Below are positions 47,172-54,927 of a stretch of DNA of 55,057 nucleotides, piece after piece. A program made the translations under genes and the position numbers. A model generated the notes under the pieces. That model was given only the letters and a program-made list of their open reading frames with translations, made no database searches and was not told the DNA's origin. The stretch is from an uncultured bacterium (GTDB taxonomy: Bacteria; Nitrospirota; Thermodesulfovibrionia; UBA6902): contig CBFDEG010000002.1 of NCBI GenBank assembly GCA_965603765.1, positions 1 through 55,057 on the forward strand, in the 5' to 3' direction. How positions within the stretch are numbered: position 1 is the stretch's first letter; the number at the start of each line of letters is the position of its first letter.

Positions 47172-47663
47172 ATGAAAAAAGAAATTATCAATCAGATTAG
47201 CCCGATATCAATATTAACTGTTGTCTATATAGTTTTTTTGCCTAATAAGTCTTATGCAAATGCCATAATACCCTACATGGTTGTTCCTACAGCGGGACTT
47301 TTCCTAATTCCAATCATAATTTTAATTGAAGCATTTGTTTTATTAAAAGTAACAAGAATATCATTCAAGAAATCATTAATGGTTATGACACTGGCCAATA
47401 TTGCATCTACATTGGTTGGGCAAGGCCTGCTAATGTTGCCATCAAGATATTTGTGGGAATTATGGGTAAAAAATCAAGAGTTGACAAGTGTATTAATAAT
47501 CATCGTATGGATCATATTGCTATTATTATCAATAGTAGTGGAAGGATTAGTTGGCTTTAAAATGGTTAAGGATGTTTCATTTAGACTATTTGCTAGAGGA
47601 TTGTTATTTGCTAATTTCACAACATATTTTTTACTTGGAATCATAGCTTTCATTATGAGTTAA
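47172..47663 (+). CDS. cassette 2 ORF: 163-aa polytopic membrane protein, unknown function
   Basis: Only long ORF in cassette 47157-47801. The ATG lies 15 nt from the recombination point. Several hydrophobic helices. Confidence 0.6.
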   Translation: MKKEIINQISPISILTVVYIVFLPNKSYANAIIPYMVVPTAGLFLIPIIILIEAFVLLKVTRISFKKSLMVMTLANIASTLVGQGLLMLPSRYLWELWVKNQELTSVLIIIVWIILLLLSIVVEGLVGFKMVKDVSFRLFARGLLFANFTTYFLLGIIAFIMS

Positions 47664-47674
47664 TTTAATAAAAT

Positions 47675-47807
47675 GTATAACCAGTTATTAGATCGAATGC
47701 GAGACATCAAGTACTTTTTTGGGGAGATCATAGTTTGGGGTTTGCGAAACGGTTTGAGAGCAAGAAATTAAGCTACATGTCTCCCATCGATCAATTCTGC
47801 GTTAGAC
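47675..47807 (+). repeat. attC site 2 (133 bp)
   Basis: R'' is GTATAAC (47675), the exact complement of G+TTATAC at the cassette start. R' is GTTAGAC (47801). Confidence 0.85.
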
Positions 47808-47826
47808 ATAAAAAAGGAATCATAAT

Positions 47827-48282
47827 ATGTACCTATGGGATGCCAATTCTTTGATAGATGACTTAGCCAAAAGCCCTTTGCCTGAAAAGGAAGCTTTCAA
47901 ATATCTTATGGCTTATACAATATTAATGTCCGCTGCTATTATCCCGCTTCCAGACAGCAACATTAACGACATTATTGGTGCAATTGCAGATGTTGTGGTG
48001 GCAATTTTTGGAGTCATATATATTTATAAGTGTAATGGCGGCAATAAAGGAAAAGATATAATACAAAGATATATGAGCCTTGGTTTCGTGGTAGGAATAC
48101 GGTTTGTGGTCATGGCAATGATTCCATTATCGATTCTTTTATATTTTGCTATGGCATATTATGCTGAGGTTCCAGATCAAACATCTTTATTCGAGGCAAT
48201 GTTCTATACATCATTAGGAGCAGCATATTACTGGAGACTCGGAGTTAATTTCAAAGCACTAAATAGTAATAAAATTGTCTAA
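47827..48282 (+). CDS. cassette 3 ORF: 151-aa membrane protein (soluble N-terminal segment + about 3 TM), unknown function
   Basis: Only long ORF in cassette 47802-48402, with AAGGA upstream. Its TAA stop lies inside the attC R'' box (GTC TAA C). Confidence 0.6.
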   Translation: MYLWDANSLIDDLAKSPLPEKEAFKYLMAYTILMSAAIIPLPDSNINDIIGAIADVVVAIFGVIYIYKCNGGNKGKDIIQRYMSLGFVVGIRFVVMAMIPLSILLYFAMAYYAEVPDQTSLFEAMFYTSLGAAYYWRLGVNFKALNSNKIV

Positions 48283-48408
48283 CAACAGCGAGCAGATGAA
48301 TGCAGACCAGCGTTGACTTTTTTTGCTAGCAATGATTTAAGAAGTGTAAATCAGTTTTAAGCATGTTTACATGCTTCATGGTCTGCATCACTGACGCAGG
48401 CGTTGGGC
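48277..48408 (+). repeat. attC site 3 (132 bp)
   Basis: R'' is GTCTAAC (48277) and R' is GTTGGGC (48402). Both flanks are near-identical to attC 5. Confidence 0.85.
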
Positions 48409-48419
48409 GACAATAAGAA

Positions 48420-48848
48420 ATGAAAACAAATAATTCACAAGACGGCATTGGTGGTATTGCTGACATATTATTGGTCTGTGCTAATTTTTTATTTGGATTC
48501 TTAGTGATATATTTTCTCATTATTATTTCAGCCCCACTTTTCGGAGAAACATTACTACCACTGAATAGACTGATACCATTTGCTTACTGGGCAGGATATT
48601 ATTTTGTAGCACGATATTTCTTGAAGAATATGAAAAATAAAATCATATTAAAGAATTATCAATATTGGCTTATTGGCTCATATCACTTTTTTTCACTATT
48701 GAGAATATCTTCACCGTATAATTATATAGTCTTTATATTAATGATTATATTTTTCATGAAAGTCATAAAAAGAGAAATAGATTCATGGAATATTGATACG
48801 ACTGTGGGTCAAGCAACGCCCAACAAATCACTTGAGAGGGATGCTTAA
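48420..48848 (+). CDS. cassette 4 ORF: 142-aa membrane protein, unknown function
   Basis: Only long ORF in cassette 48403-48883. Its last 10 codons read through the R'' box into the attC. Confidence 0.55.
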   Translation: MKTNNSQDGIGGIADILLVCANFLFGFLVIYFLIIISAPLFGETLLPLNRLIPFAYWAGYYFVARYFLKNMKNKIILKNYQYWLIGSYHFFSLLRISSPYNYIVFILMIIFFMKVIKREIDSWNIDTTVGQATPNKSLERDA

Positions 48849-48889
48849 AAGCTGGCGCTTTTTTCGCACCCCTCAGTTTCGCGTTAGAA
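48818..48889 (+). repeat. attC site 4 (72 bp, short class)
   Basis: R'' is GCCCAAC (48818), the complement of G+TTGGGC. R' is GTTAGAA (48883). The core ...CACTTGAGAGGGATGCTTAAAAGCTGGCGCTTTTTTCGCACCCCTCAG... is shared with attC 7 and attC 10. Confidence 0.85.
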
Positions 48890-48906
48890 AGTGAGAAATA
48901 TTATAA

Positions 48907-49416
48907 ATGACAAAAAATAATGCAGGTCTAATCGCCTTTCGGGTTTTTACCGCTTATGCTGTCATCCGCGGTCTGGTAATAACGGCAAAGACAATTCACA
49001 AGTGGCCTGAGATGTGGCCGGAACAGGATAAGCTGCTTTGGCAGACGATTATGTTTTTCCAGATATTCGGTCCTCTTTTATTGCTTATTATCTTCTCAGT
49101 GATTTTGTGGCGAGTTTCGCCACGACTGACAAATAAAATCTTTTCGAACGAAGATCAATTTACGGAGTCCATAACCAAGACAATTGCTATAGCCTCACTT
49201 GTTCTCTCGTGTATAGGGCTTTATCTCCTTGTAGAGGCGTTAGCAGAAATAGTAAGAACAATAATAACTATCTACGGCTTTTTGAAATACCCTTCGGTAT
49301 GGAACGATGTAAATATTTATATACTTACGACAATACTGAAACTAGCGGTTGGTCTTGGGTTGCTTCTTCGTAGCAAAAAGCTCGTTACTGTTTTGCACAG
49401 ACAAAGAAATGAATAG
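48907..49416 (+). CDS. cassette 5 ORF: 169-aa polytopic membrane protein, unknown function
   Basis: Only long ORF in cassette 48884-49549. About 4 hydrophobic helices. Confidence 0.6.
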   Translation: MTKNNAGLIAFRVFTAYAVIRGLVITAKTIHKWPEMWPEQDKLLWQTIMFFQIFGPLLLLIIFSVILWRVSPRLTNKIFSNEDQFTESITKTIAIASLVLSCIGLYLLVEALAEIVRTIITIYGFLKYPSVWNDVNIYILTTILKLAVGLGLLLRSKKLVTVLHRQRNE

Positions 49417-49425
49417 CAAAAAAAC

Positions 49426-49555
49426 TTCTAACAACAGCATGCAGTGAATGCAGACCAGCGGTGACGATTTGTCTTTTGTTTATTTATAGTTTGCGAATCG
49501 TCTTTTAGCTTATTTGTGAACTTCATGGTCTGCATCACTGATGCAGACGTTATGT
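49426..49555 (+). repeat. attC site 5 (130 bp)
   Basis: R'' is TTCTAAC (49426), the complement of G+TTAGAA. R' is GTTATGT (49549). Confidence 0.85.
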
Positions 49556-49580
49556 GTAAAAATATAGGAAATCTTAAGCC

Positions 49581-50237
49581 ATGAAACGAATCACACTATT
49601 ACTTATTGCGTGTTCACTCTTTATTATACTTTCCTCGCATTATGTTGCTAGTGAAGAAGCTTCCCCAGCAAATACTGAACAAAAAATTGACATAGTAATT
49701 GATGGAATATCAGCAATTAATGATGAAATAAAGCAGCAAAATATATACTCTGTTATTATTCCAATAATTGTTGTTGTTATAGCAGGACTCCTTGCCCTAT
49801 GTCAGGTAAAGGCAAATATTATTTCTTCAGCAAGAATAAAATGGTGCCAAGATCTCAGAAAGACATTAGCACTTTTTTTAGCAGAAACAGCGCATTTAAA
49901 TGTTCATTTAAGAGAACTTTCAAGTGACTATACTGGTAATAACAAAGAAGAGGGAAAAGAACTCTACAAGAAGCAGTATAGTAATTTCAGAAAAGTTATA
50001 GAGTACAGCAATCAAATAAAACTATTTCTTAATAAAAAAGAAATAGAACATAAAAAATTATATGATTTAATTGATGAATATTATGAGAAGTCAATAGATC
50101 CTGAAGAATTCCACAACATAGATAAACTAGATATTATAGAAACACAGATTGTTGAAATATCTCAAGTCATTATTAAACAAGCATGGGAAGATGCTAAGAC
50201 TTTTAAAGGAAGAGATATCTTTAAATTTGAAGTATAA
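49581..50237 (+). CDS. cassette 6 ORF: 218-aa protein with signal peptide/TM, a second TM and a charged helical C-terminal domain, unknown function
   Basis: Only long ORF in cassette 49550-50364. N-terminus MKRITLLLIACSLFIILSS, second TM IYSVIIPIIVVVIAGLLALCQV, then about 140 Lys/Glu-rich residues. Confidence 0.6.
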   Translation: MKRITLLLIACSLFIILSSHYVASEEASPANTEQKIDIVIDGISAINDEIKQQNIYSVIIPIIVVVIAGLLALCQVKANIISSARIKWCQDLRKTLALFLAETAHLNVHLRELSSDYTGNNKEEGKELYKKQYSNFRKVIEYSNQIKLFLNKKEIEHKKLYDLIDEYYEKSIDPEEFHNIDKLDIIETQIVEISQVIIKQAWEDAKTFKGRDIFKFEV

Positions 50238-50243
50238 CTAGAC

Positions 50244-50370
50244 ACATAACAACAGAATGGACTTGAACAGGCTACCTCAGGTCGCTTTTTAAAGTCGATT
50301 CGAGTTTAAGTCTTGATTGCTTTTTATTAGCTTTTTTAATATCCGCCTGTCAGTCATTCAGGCGTTATGT
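50244..50370 (+). repeat. attC site 6 (127 bp)
   Basis: R'' is ACATAAC (50244), the complement of G+TTATGT. R' is GTTATGT (50364). Confidence 0.85.
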
Positions 50371-50382
50371 GTGAATAAATAA

Positions 50383-51072
50383 ATGCCAACTAAGCCAAAA
50401 ACATATTTATTCCTTGGAGTAGTATTTCTAATTTCGTTTGTAGTTAGCCTGCTGCTCTCTGATGAATTATTCAAGGGCATAGCTACAACTCCTGCTATTG
50501 GAGCTCTTTTTGCAGCCATCTATCAACTCCTGCGTGATCATGCGGCATATGAAAAAGAAAAGGAACTACTCCAGAAACAGCAGTTTTTCAGCCTTGGAAT
50601 AACATCTCATATGGCTGAGGTGGCCTTTGATAAACACGTACAATTTTGTGAGCAATATATTGCAGAAGTTCATAAGATAATAGTGACATTTTTTAGAGAT
50701 GGTCCTATAGAAAAAGGAAAAGATTATGCAAGGAATCTAGCACAAATACGAATAAAGCATGATGCTTGGATCACAGAAGATATTACCGAATCTCTTAAGC
50801 ACTTTGAAGATGCAGTATTTCGTATTGGGTCACAAGCCCACCTTTCACAGTCAAGCAGAGCAGATGTGGCACAAAAAGCGTATGAGAAAGCAGACGAATT
50901 GTGGGATCAAGTATTGGGTGACGCAGTTGATAAAACAAAAACACGAAATGAAAACATTGCGGTTGAGTCGGTAAAGAAAAAAATAAGAGAGATCCTTGGC
51001 ATCGAAAAGCTCACAAAACTAAGAGGTATAATTATAAGCAAAGCTATGGAGTCAATGGAGAACAGCACATAA
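50383..51072 (+). CDS. cassette 7 ORF: 229-aa protein with 2 N-terminal TM segments and a helical cytoplasmic domain, unknown function
   Basis: Only long ORF in cassette 50365-51131. Its TAA stop lies inside R'' (ACA TAA C). Confidence 0.6.
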   Translation: MPTKPKTYLFLGVVFLISFVVSLLLSDELFKGIATTPAIGALFAAIYQLLRDHAAYEKEKELLQKQQFFSLGITSHMAEVAFDKHVQFCEQYIAEVHKIIVTFFRDGPIEKGKDYARNLAQIRIKHDAWITEDITESLKHFEDAVFRIGSQAHLSQSSRADVAQKAYEKADELWDQVLGDAVDKTKTRNENIAVESVKKKIREILGIEKLTKLRGIIISKAMESMENST

Positions 51073-51137
51073 CAAGTCACTGGAGAGGGATGCTCAAAAG
51101 CTGGCGCTTTTTCGCACCCCTCAGTTTTGCGTTAGGA
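51067..51137 (+). repeat. attC site 7 (71 bp, short class)
   Basis: R'' is ACATAAC (51067) and R' is GTTAGGA (51131). Same core as attC 4 and attC 10. Confidence 0.85.
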
Positions 51138-51159
51138 GACAAAATATATAGGAGATTAT

Positions 51160-51429
51160 ATGGATAGAAAGAAGCTCGAAGCCAGTTGCACATATCTCGC
51201 TGTAATTATACTAGCCATCCTTGTAATTTTATCCATTCTTGGTGTTGCAGATGGTCTTTTCAATTGGGATATTCTTCCCCCGACGCTGGATAAGTTAGCT
51301 GTGTTAATAATGGGTTCATTAGGCATAGTATTGGGCGCTTGTGTGCTAGTTAGCCTAATGCTCAACGTTAGTATTATTGCGAGCAAGATAAGTCAAATAG
51401 CTGAGAGAAACGAGAGCGATGACCGATAG
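51160..51429 (+). CDS. cassette 8 ORF a: 89-aa 2-TM membrane protein
   Basis: First of two overlapping ORFs in cassette 51132-52055. AGGAG lies 6 nt upstream of the ATG. Confidence 0.55.
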   Translation: MDRKKLEASCTYLAVIILAILVILSILGVADGLFNWDILPPTLDKLAVLIMGSLGIVLGACVLVSLMLNVSIIASKISQIAERNESDDR

Positions 51430-51925
51430 TAATGACAATCTAACGATGCCTTTCAAGAAGCCTTTTTTGGCAGTTGCCATGATAGTCGCTATAACCATAA
51501 TTATCGGGTTAGCCATTAATGACTATAGGCGTGGTGATCAATTTGATGAATTTAAAAGCAGGATTTGTGGCATTGAATTACTTGAAGAGGCATTATCAGA
51601 AATAATAAGCTTACAAACTAATGGTCCTAAGGATAATGATGAAATGAAAGACATATTAGAACGCATCGATGTAGTTTTTCCCCCAGAGATTAAATTAGCA
51701 CTCTATTATGAGTGGTCGGGCGGGCTGTGGAAAAGTATGAAATGGGAAACATCAACAAGGTTCAATCTTAATCATAACATTGGGAAGCTAGGGGAATGGT
51801 CAGAACTAACTCAAGTTGGTGAGTGCACAGGTAGAAGAACGGATAATACATTTGAAATCTTTTTACCAATTAACACAAGTAAAGGGACTATTGGCATGTT
51901 AGTAACAAAAAGGATTAACGGATAA
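51419..51925 (+). CDS. cassette 8 ORF b: 168-aa protein with an N-terminal TM anchor and a globular domain, unknown function
   Basis: Its start overlaps ORF a by 11 nt, which suggests translational coupling. TM segment: FLAVAMIVAITIIIGLAI. Confidence 0.55.
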   Translation: MTDSNDNLTMPFKKPFLAVAMIVAITIIIGLAINDYRRGDQFDEFKSRICGIELLEEALSEIISLQTNGPKDNDEMKDILERIDVVFPPEIKLALYYEWSGGLWKSMKWETSTRFNLNHNIGKLGEWSELTQVGECTGRRTDNTFEIFLPINTSKGTIGMLVTKRING

Positions 51926-51928
51926 AGC

Positions 51929-52061
51929 TCCTAACAAACGGATGCATTCGAATGCGTACCAGAGGGCGCAAATCTAGCATGAGACATTTTATAATTTGCA
52001 AATCATCTTCAGGGCAGTCAGGATCGTTGAGGGTACGCATCGATGATCCTAGTCGTTATAT
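51929..52061 (+). repeat. attC site 8 (133 bp)
   Basis: R'' is TCCTAAC (51929), the complement of G+TTAGGA. R' is GTTATAT (52055). The apex is the palindrome ATTTGCAAAT. Confidence 0.85.
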
Positions 52062-52068
52062 CTAAGAA

Positions 52069-52506
52069 ATGAATAAGGAAGAATTTAGACAATTCTGTAG
52101 AGAAAAGTTTTCAGCGCTTTGTAAGAAATATAATTTAATAGAAAACAAAGATTATCATGATGATTACTCAATTATCTTTGAAAACAAAACATCAAGAATA
52201 AAAATTGAAGGAATACATTATGGGTTTGGGATTGATGTCCGCTTATCAAGCATTGATCCACAATATATGAAACATAAAACATATTGCTTTGATGACTTAT
52301 TAATACTTCGTGCGCCAGAGCTAAAACTGATTGAAGCAAGGAACTCGGATACTACTGATATTCAGAAAGAACAGATTGACCAGTATGCCACAGCTTTGGA
52401 TAAGTATGGTGATGACATATTAAAAGGTGATTTTACTATTTTTCCTAGACTTGCTCAGACTATTGATGATCGAATCAAACAGTTTGAAAAACAAAGGAAG
52501 ATATAA
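52069..52506 (+). CDS. cassette 9 ORF: 145-aa soluble protein, unknown function
   Basis: Only long ORF in cassette 52056-52624, with no hydrophobic segment. Its TAA stop lies inside R'' (ATA TAA C). Confidence 0.6.
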   Translation: MNKEEFRQFCREKFSALCKKYNLIENKDYHDDYSIIFENKTSRIKIEGIHYGFGIDVRLSSIDPQYMKHKTYCFDDLLILRAPELKLIEARNSDTTDIQKEQIDQYATALDKYGDDILKGDFTIFPRLAQTIDDRIKQFEKQRKI

Positions 52507-52630
52507 CCAGTTGATGGAGAGGAATGCGGAATAGCTTTGATCTTTTCAAGTTTATTTGGGTTGACAGTGTTTTCATCTCAATAAGCCGTATAATGCTATT
52601 CATTCCGCATCCCTCATCACAGCGTTAGAT
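52501..52630 (+). repeat. attC site 9 (130 bp)
   Basis: R'' is ATATAAC (52501), the complement of G+TTATAT. R' is GTTAGAT (52624). Confidence 0.85.
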
Positions 52631-52637
52631 TATTAAT

Positions 52638-53324
52638 ATGAAGAAGAAAAGTAAAACAATAATAATTATTGCAAATATTATCGCTGGTATACTTTCAGTG
52701 ATAATATATAACTATGGTGGTGACCTAATATACTCTATTTTACGTAACACGGGGCTTACTCCGGACATACCATACTCTGATCAAAGATACGGCAATCATT
52801 CGGAAGTTGATGTGTATTTAATGCCTTTCGATGGATTTTCTGAATCAATTGCAGATCAGATAGCTAACAGACTTTCAAATGACTTGAATATAAACATTGA
52901 AACGTTTCTGGCTTTGCCACTAGAAACAGTTAACTACAATGATTACAGAAAACAATATATTGCTGAGTCATTATCTATTCCGATTACTGGAGCAATAAAC
53001 ACCATGCGAAAGAGAACTGCAAAAACAGTATATATAGGTTTACTTAATGGTGATATGTATCCATCAGACGAGCAATTTAATTATTTATTTTCGATTCACT
53101 TTGAAGGAAATATATCAGTTATAGCTACAAGCAGGTTGATTCCTATTGGAATGATTGGCAAAGAAACAGCGCAGAAACTATACGGTGAGCGCCTATTAAA
53201 GATCATCAAACGAACAATTGGACAACAATATCTTGGGAAGAAGCGATCATCAAACAAAAGTAGTCTTATGTACAGTCCACTACTTGGACCCAATGATCTT
53301 GATAAAATGAGCTTAGATTTCTAA
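52638..53324 (+). CDS. cassette 10 ORF: 228-aa TM-anchored protein; possible degenerate archaemetzincin-like (peptidase M54) fold lacking the HExxH motif
   Basis: N-terminal TM IIIIANIIAGILSVIIY. The segments YRKQYIAESL, YIGLLNGDMYPS...NYLFS, ISVIATSRL and ERLLKIIKRTIGQQYLG line up with my memory of the M54 pattern (Y..R.QY.A..L / D.Y...fvFG / vvS..RL / R..KE..HE.GH..GL). RTIGQ sits where HELGH is expected. Confidence 0.45.
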   Translation: MKKKSKTIIIIANIIAGILSVIIYNYGGDLIYSILRNTGLTPDIPYSDQRYGNHSEVDVYLMPFDGFSESIADQIANRLSNDLNINIETFLALPLETVNYNDYRKQYIAESLSIPITGAINTMRKRTAKTVYIGLLNGDMYPSDEQFNYLFSIHFEGNISVIATSRLIPIGMIGKETAQKLYGERLLKIIKRTIGQQYLGKKRSSNKSSLMYSPLLGPNDLDKMSLDF

Positions 53325-53329
53325 GGAGA

Positions 53330-53400
53330 ATCTAACAAGCCACTGGAGAGGGATGCTTAAAAGCTGGCGCTTTTGCGCACCCCTCAGTTTCGCGTTATAC
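53330..53400 (+). repeat. attC site 10 (71 bp, short class)
   Basis: R'' is ATCTAAC (53330), the complement of G+TTAGAT. R' is GTTATAC (53394). Confidence 0.85.
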
Positions 53401-53407
53401 CTAAGAA

Positions 53408-53890
53408 ATGAAAAGAATTAACACGACATATGTAGGGACGTTTATAGTAGTCATACTCTTCGTAACAACTGTCACGTATGCAAATGAATTCAGAATAGCT
53501 CCAAGAAGAGCAGAGGGCGGCACAGTAATCATTAAAAAAAGAGAGGCAATACAACTCCAACGAGAAGATGGCAATGCAGAACTAATTATTAATGACGAGG
53601 TGCCAACATATAGAATAGATAACAAATATAAACCGAAGATAAGGAAAATAGATATACGCAAGGCAGCACCTATAGACCCTGAAAACACTTATAGCTGTGA
53701 TGACAACATCATTGACATGATTAATGACGGCGAAGTATGTGCGCGAGTGAAAAAGGTATCACCATGTCAAATTCCACCTTGTCCAACAGAAGACCATTGG
53801 AGTACATATTCTAATGCTGAACAAGCTTGCAGTAATATTCATGTTATTGATTTTGCGCAAGGCCGCTGTCTTAATGACAGGAACAACTAG
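53408..53890 (+). CDS. cassette 11 ORF: 160-aa secreted Cys-rich protein, unknown function
   Basis: Signal peptide MKRINTTYVGTFIVVILFVTTVTYA. The C-terminal 65 residues contain 6 Cys (CDD...C..., CQIPPCP, C...C). Confidence 0.6.
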   Translation: MKRINTTYVGTFIVVILFVTTVTYANEFRIAPRRAEGGTVIIKKREAIQLQREDGNAELIINDEVPTYRIDNKYKPKIRKIDIRKAAPIDPENTYSCDDNIIDMINDGEVCARVKKVSPCQIPPCPTEDHWSTYSNAEQACSNIHVIDFAQGRCLNDRNN

Positions 53891-54022
53891 GTATAACAAG
53901 TCAGTGCATTGGACTGCGTACCAGCAGCAGCGAGTTGGGATGTGATTGATTTAAGATTTGCAAATTAGTTTGAAGGCATGACGATGTGCTTCATGGTACG
54001 CATCCATGACTTCAGCGTTATG
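53891..54022 (+). repeat. attC site 11 (132 bp)
   Basis: R'' is GTATAAC (53891), the complement of G+TTATAC. R' is GTTATGC (54016). The apex is ATTTGCAAAT. Confidence 0.85.
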
Positions 54023-54074
54023 CCAAATACAAAACCATAAATGATGTTAGTTTGGACTCCCGAGTGGTGTTGAA

Positions 54075-54449
54075 ATGAAAATACATGAAGTCTTGACAAG
54101 GATTTTTATAAAATTATCAGAAAAAGAAGAGCATATTTCATTCTACGAGAATCTATGTGGTCAAAAATGCAAGTTACAATTTAAATACGATGAAAAAAAG
54201 CTCGAACTGGCCGTTGTTGGACCATTTTTGTTGATTGCTGGCTCAGAAAATAACCTCGAACCATTTAAAGAAACAAGAATCACTTGTTTAGTAGATTCAG
54301 TTGATGATTTCAAAACTTTTCTTCAGGAACAAGGTGCTACCATATTGGATGCCCCTAAGGCCGTTCCTACGGGTAGGAATATGCGTGCCAGGCACATAGA
54401 TGGCCTAGTTGTAGAATATGTTGAGCATGTAGTAAGAGGTGAGGAATAA
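54075..54449 (+). CDS. cassette 12 ORF: 124-aa VOC (glyoxalase/bleomycin-resistance fold)-like protein
   Basis: The C-terminal module ...GATILDAPKAVPTGRNMRARHIDGLVVEYVEH resembles the VOC beta-alpha-beta-beta-beta unit. Assigned by eye only. Confidence 0.45.
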   Translation: MKIHEVLTRIFIKLSEKEEHISFYENLCGQKCKLQFKYDEKKLELAVVGPFLLIAGSENNLEPFKETRITCLVDSVDDFKTFLQEQGATILDAPKAVPTGRNMRARHIDGLVVEYVEHVVRGEE

Positions 54450-54532
54450 CAGAGTACATTTTTACAGAATCGTAGGTGGTGGTGCAGGGAAAGTCTCCAT
54501 CTTGACAAACAATTTAATATAAAGCAAAAATC

Positions 54533-54653
54533 GCATAACCAGTCATTGCACCGGACTACAAGGGGCGCGGGTGGATTCATCAACAAGTTTCGTGTTTACG
54601 GTGCCATCCCAACAATCACGTTTCCTTGTAGCCCGTGAATTCAATCGTTATAT
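54533..54653 (+). repeat. attC site 12 (121 bp)
   Basis: R'' is GCATAAC (54533), the complement of G+TTATGC. R' is GTTATAT (54647). Arms CCGGACTACAAGG / CCTTGTAGCCCG. Confidence 0.85.
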
Positions 54654-54846
54654 GTTAAAAATGAAATATGGAATATTTAGTTTTTTCTTTGGTATTGCCT
54701 TATTGGTCATCAGTTTCTGGCTGTTCTTAGAGTATTATGAAAAACATGTAAAAATAGTTAATGTACTGTCTAAGACGGGATTGGCTTTATCAATAGTAGG
54801 GGCTTTGACTACTTCGATATGCTGGTATTTGAAGAAAAATAAATGA
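54652..54846 (+). CDS. cassette 13 ORF: about 62-64-aa 2-TM membrane protein
   Basis: The track ORF starts at 54571, inside attC 12. Within the cassette (54648 onward) the possible starts are ATG 54652 or ATG 54661 (MKYGIFSFFFGIALLVISFWLF...). Confidence 0.5.
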   Translation: MLKMKYGIFSFFFGIALLVISFWLFLEYYEKHVKIVNVLSKTGLALSIVGALTTSICWYLKKNK

Positions 54847-54927
54847 GTGAGACGCTTGGCTGGATTTAATGACAGCTTTATTTAAGACAACTAAAAAAAA
54901 TTAACGATCAAGATGGTTGTTAAAGAC

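Noticed and set aside
53401-53688. 95-aa reverse-strand hydrophobic ORF in cassette 11. Similar reverse ORFs are 48326..48520 and 51156..51386.
   Set aside because: They are antisense to the cassette ORFs, cross attC or cassette boundaries, and run against the uniform orientation of the array.
54571-54651. The first 27 codons of track ORF 54571..54846.
   Set aside because: This segment lies inside attC 12, upstream of the G|TT boundary at 54647. It would belong to a different cassette, so the ORF must start at 54652 or 54661.
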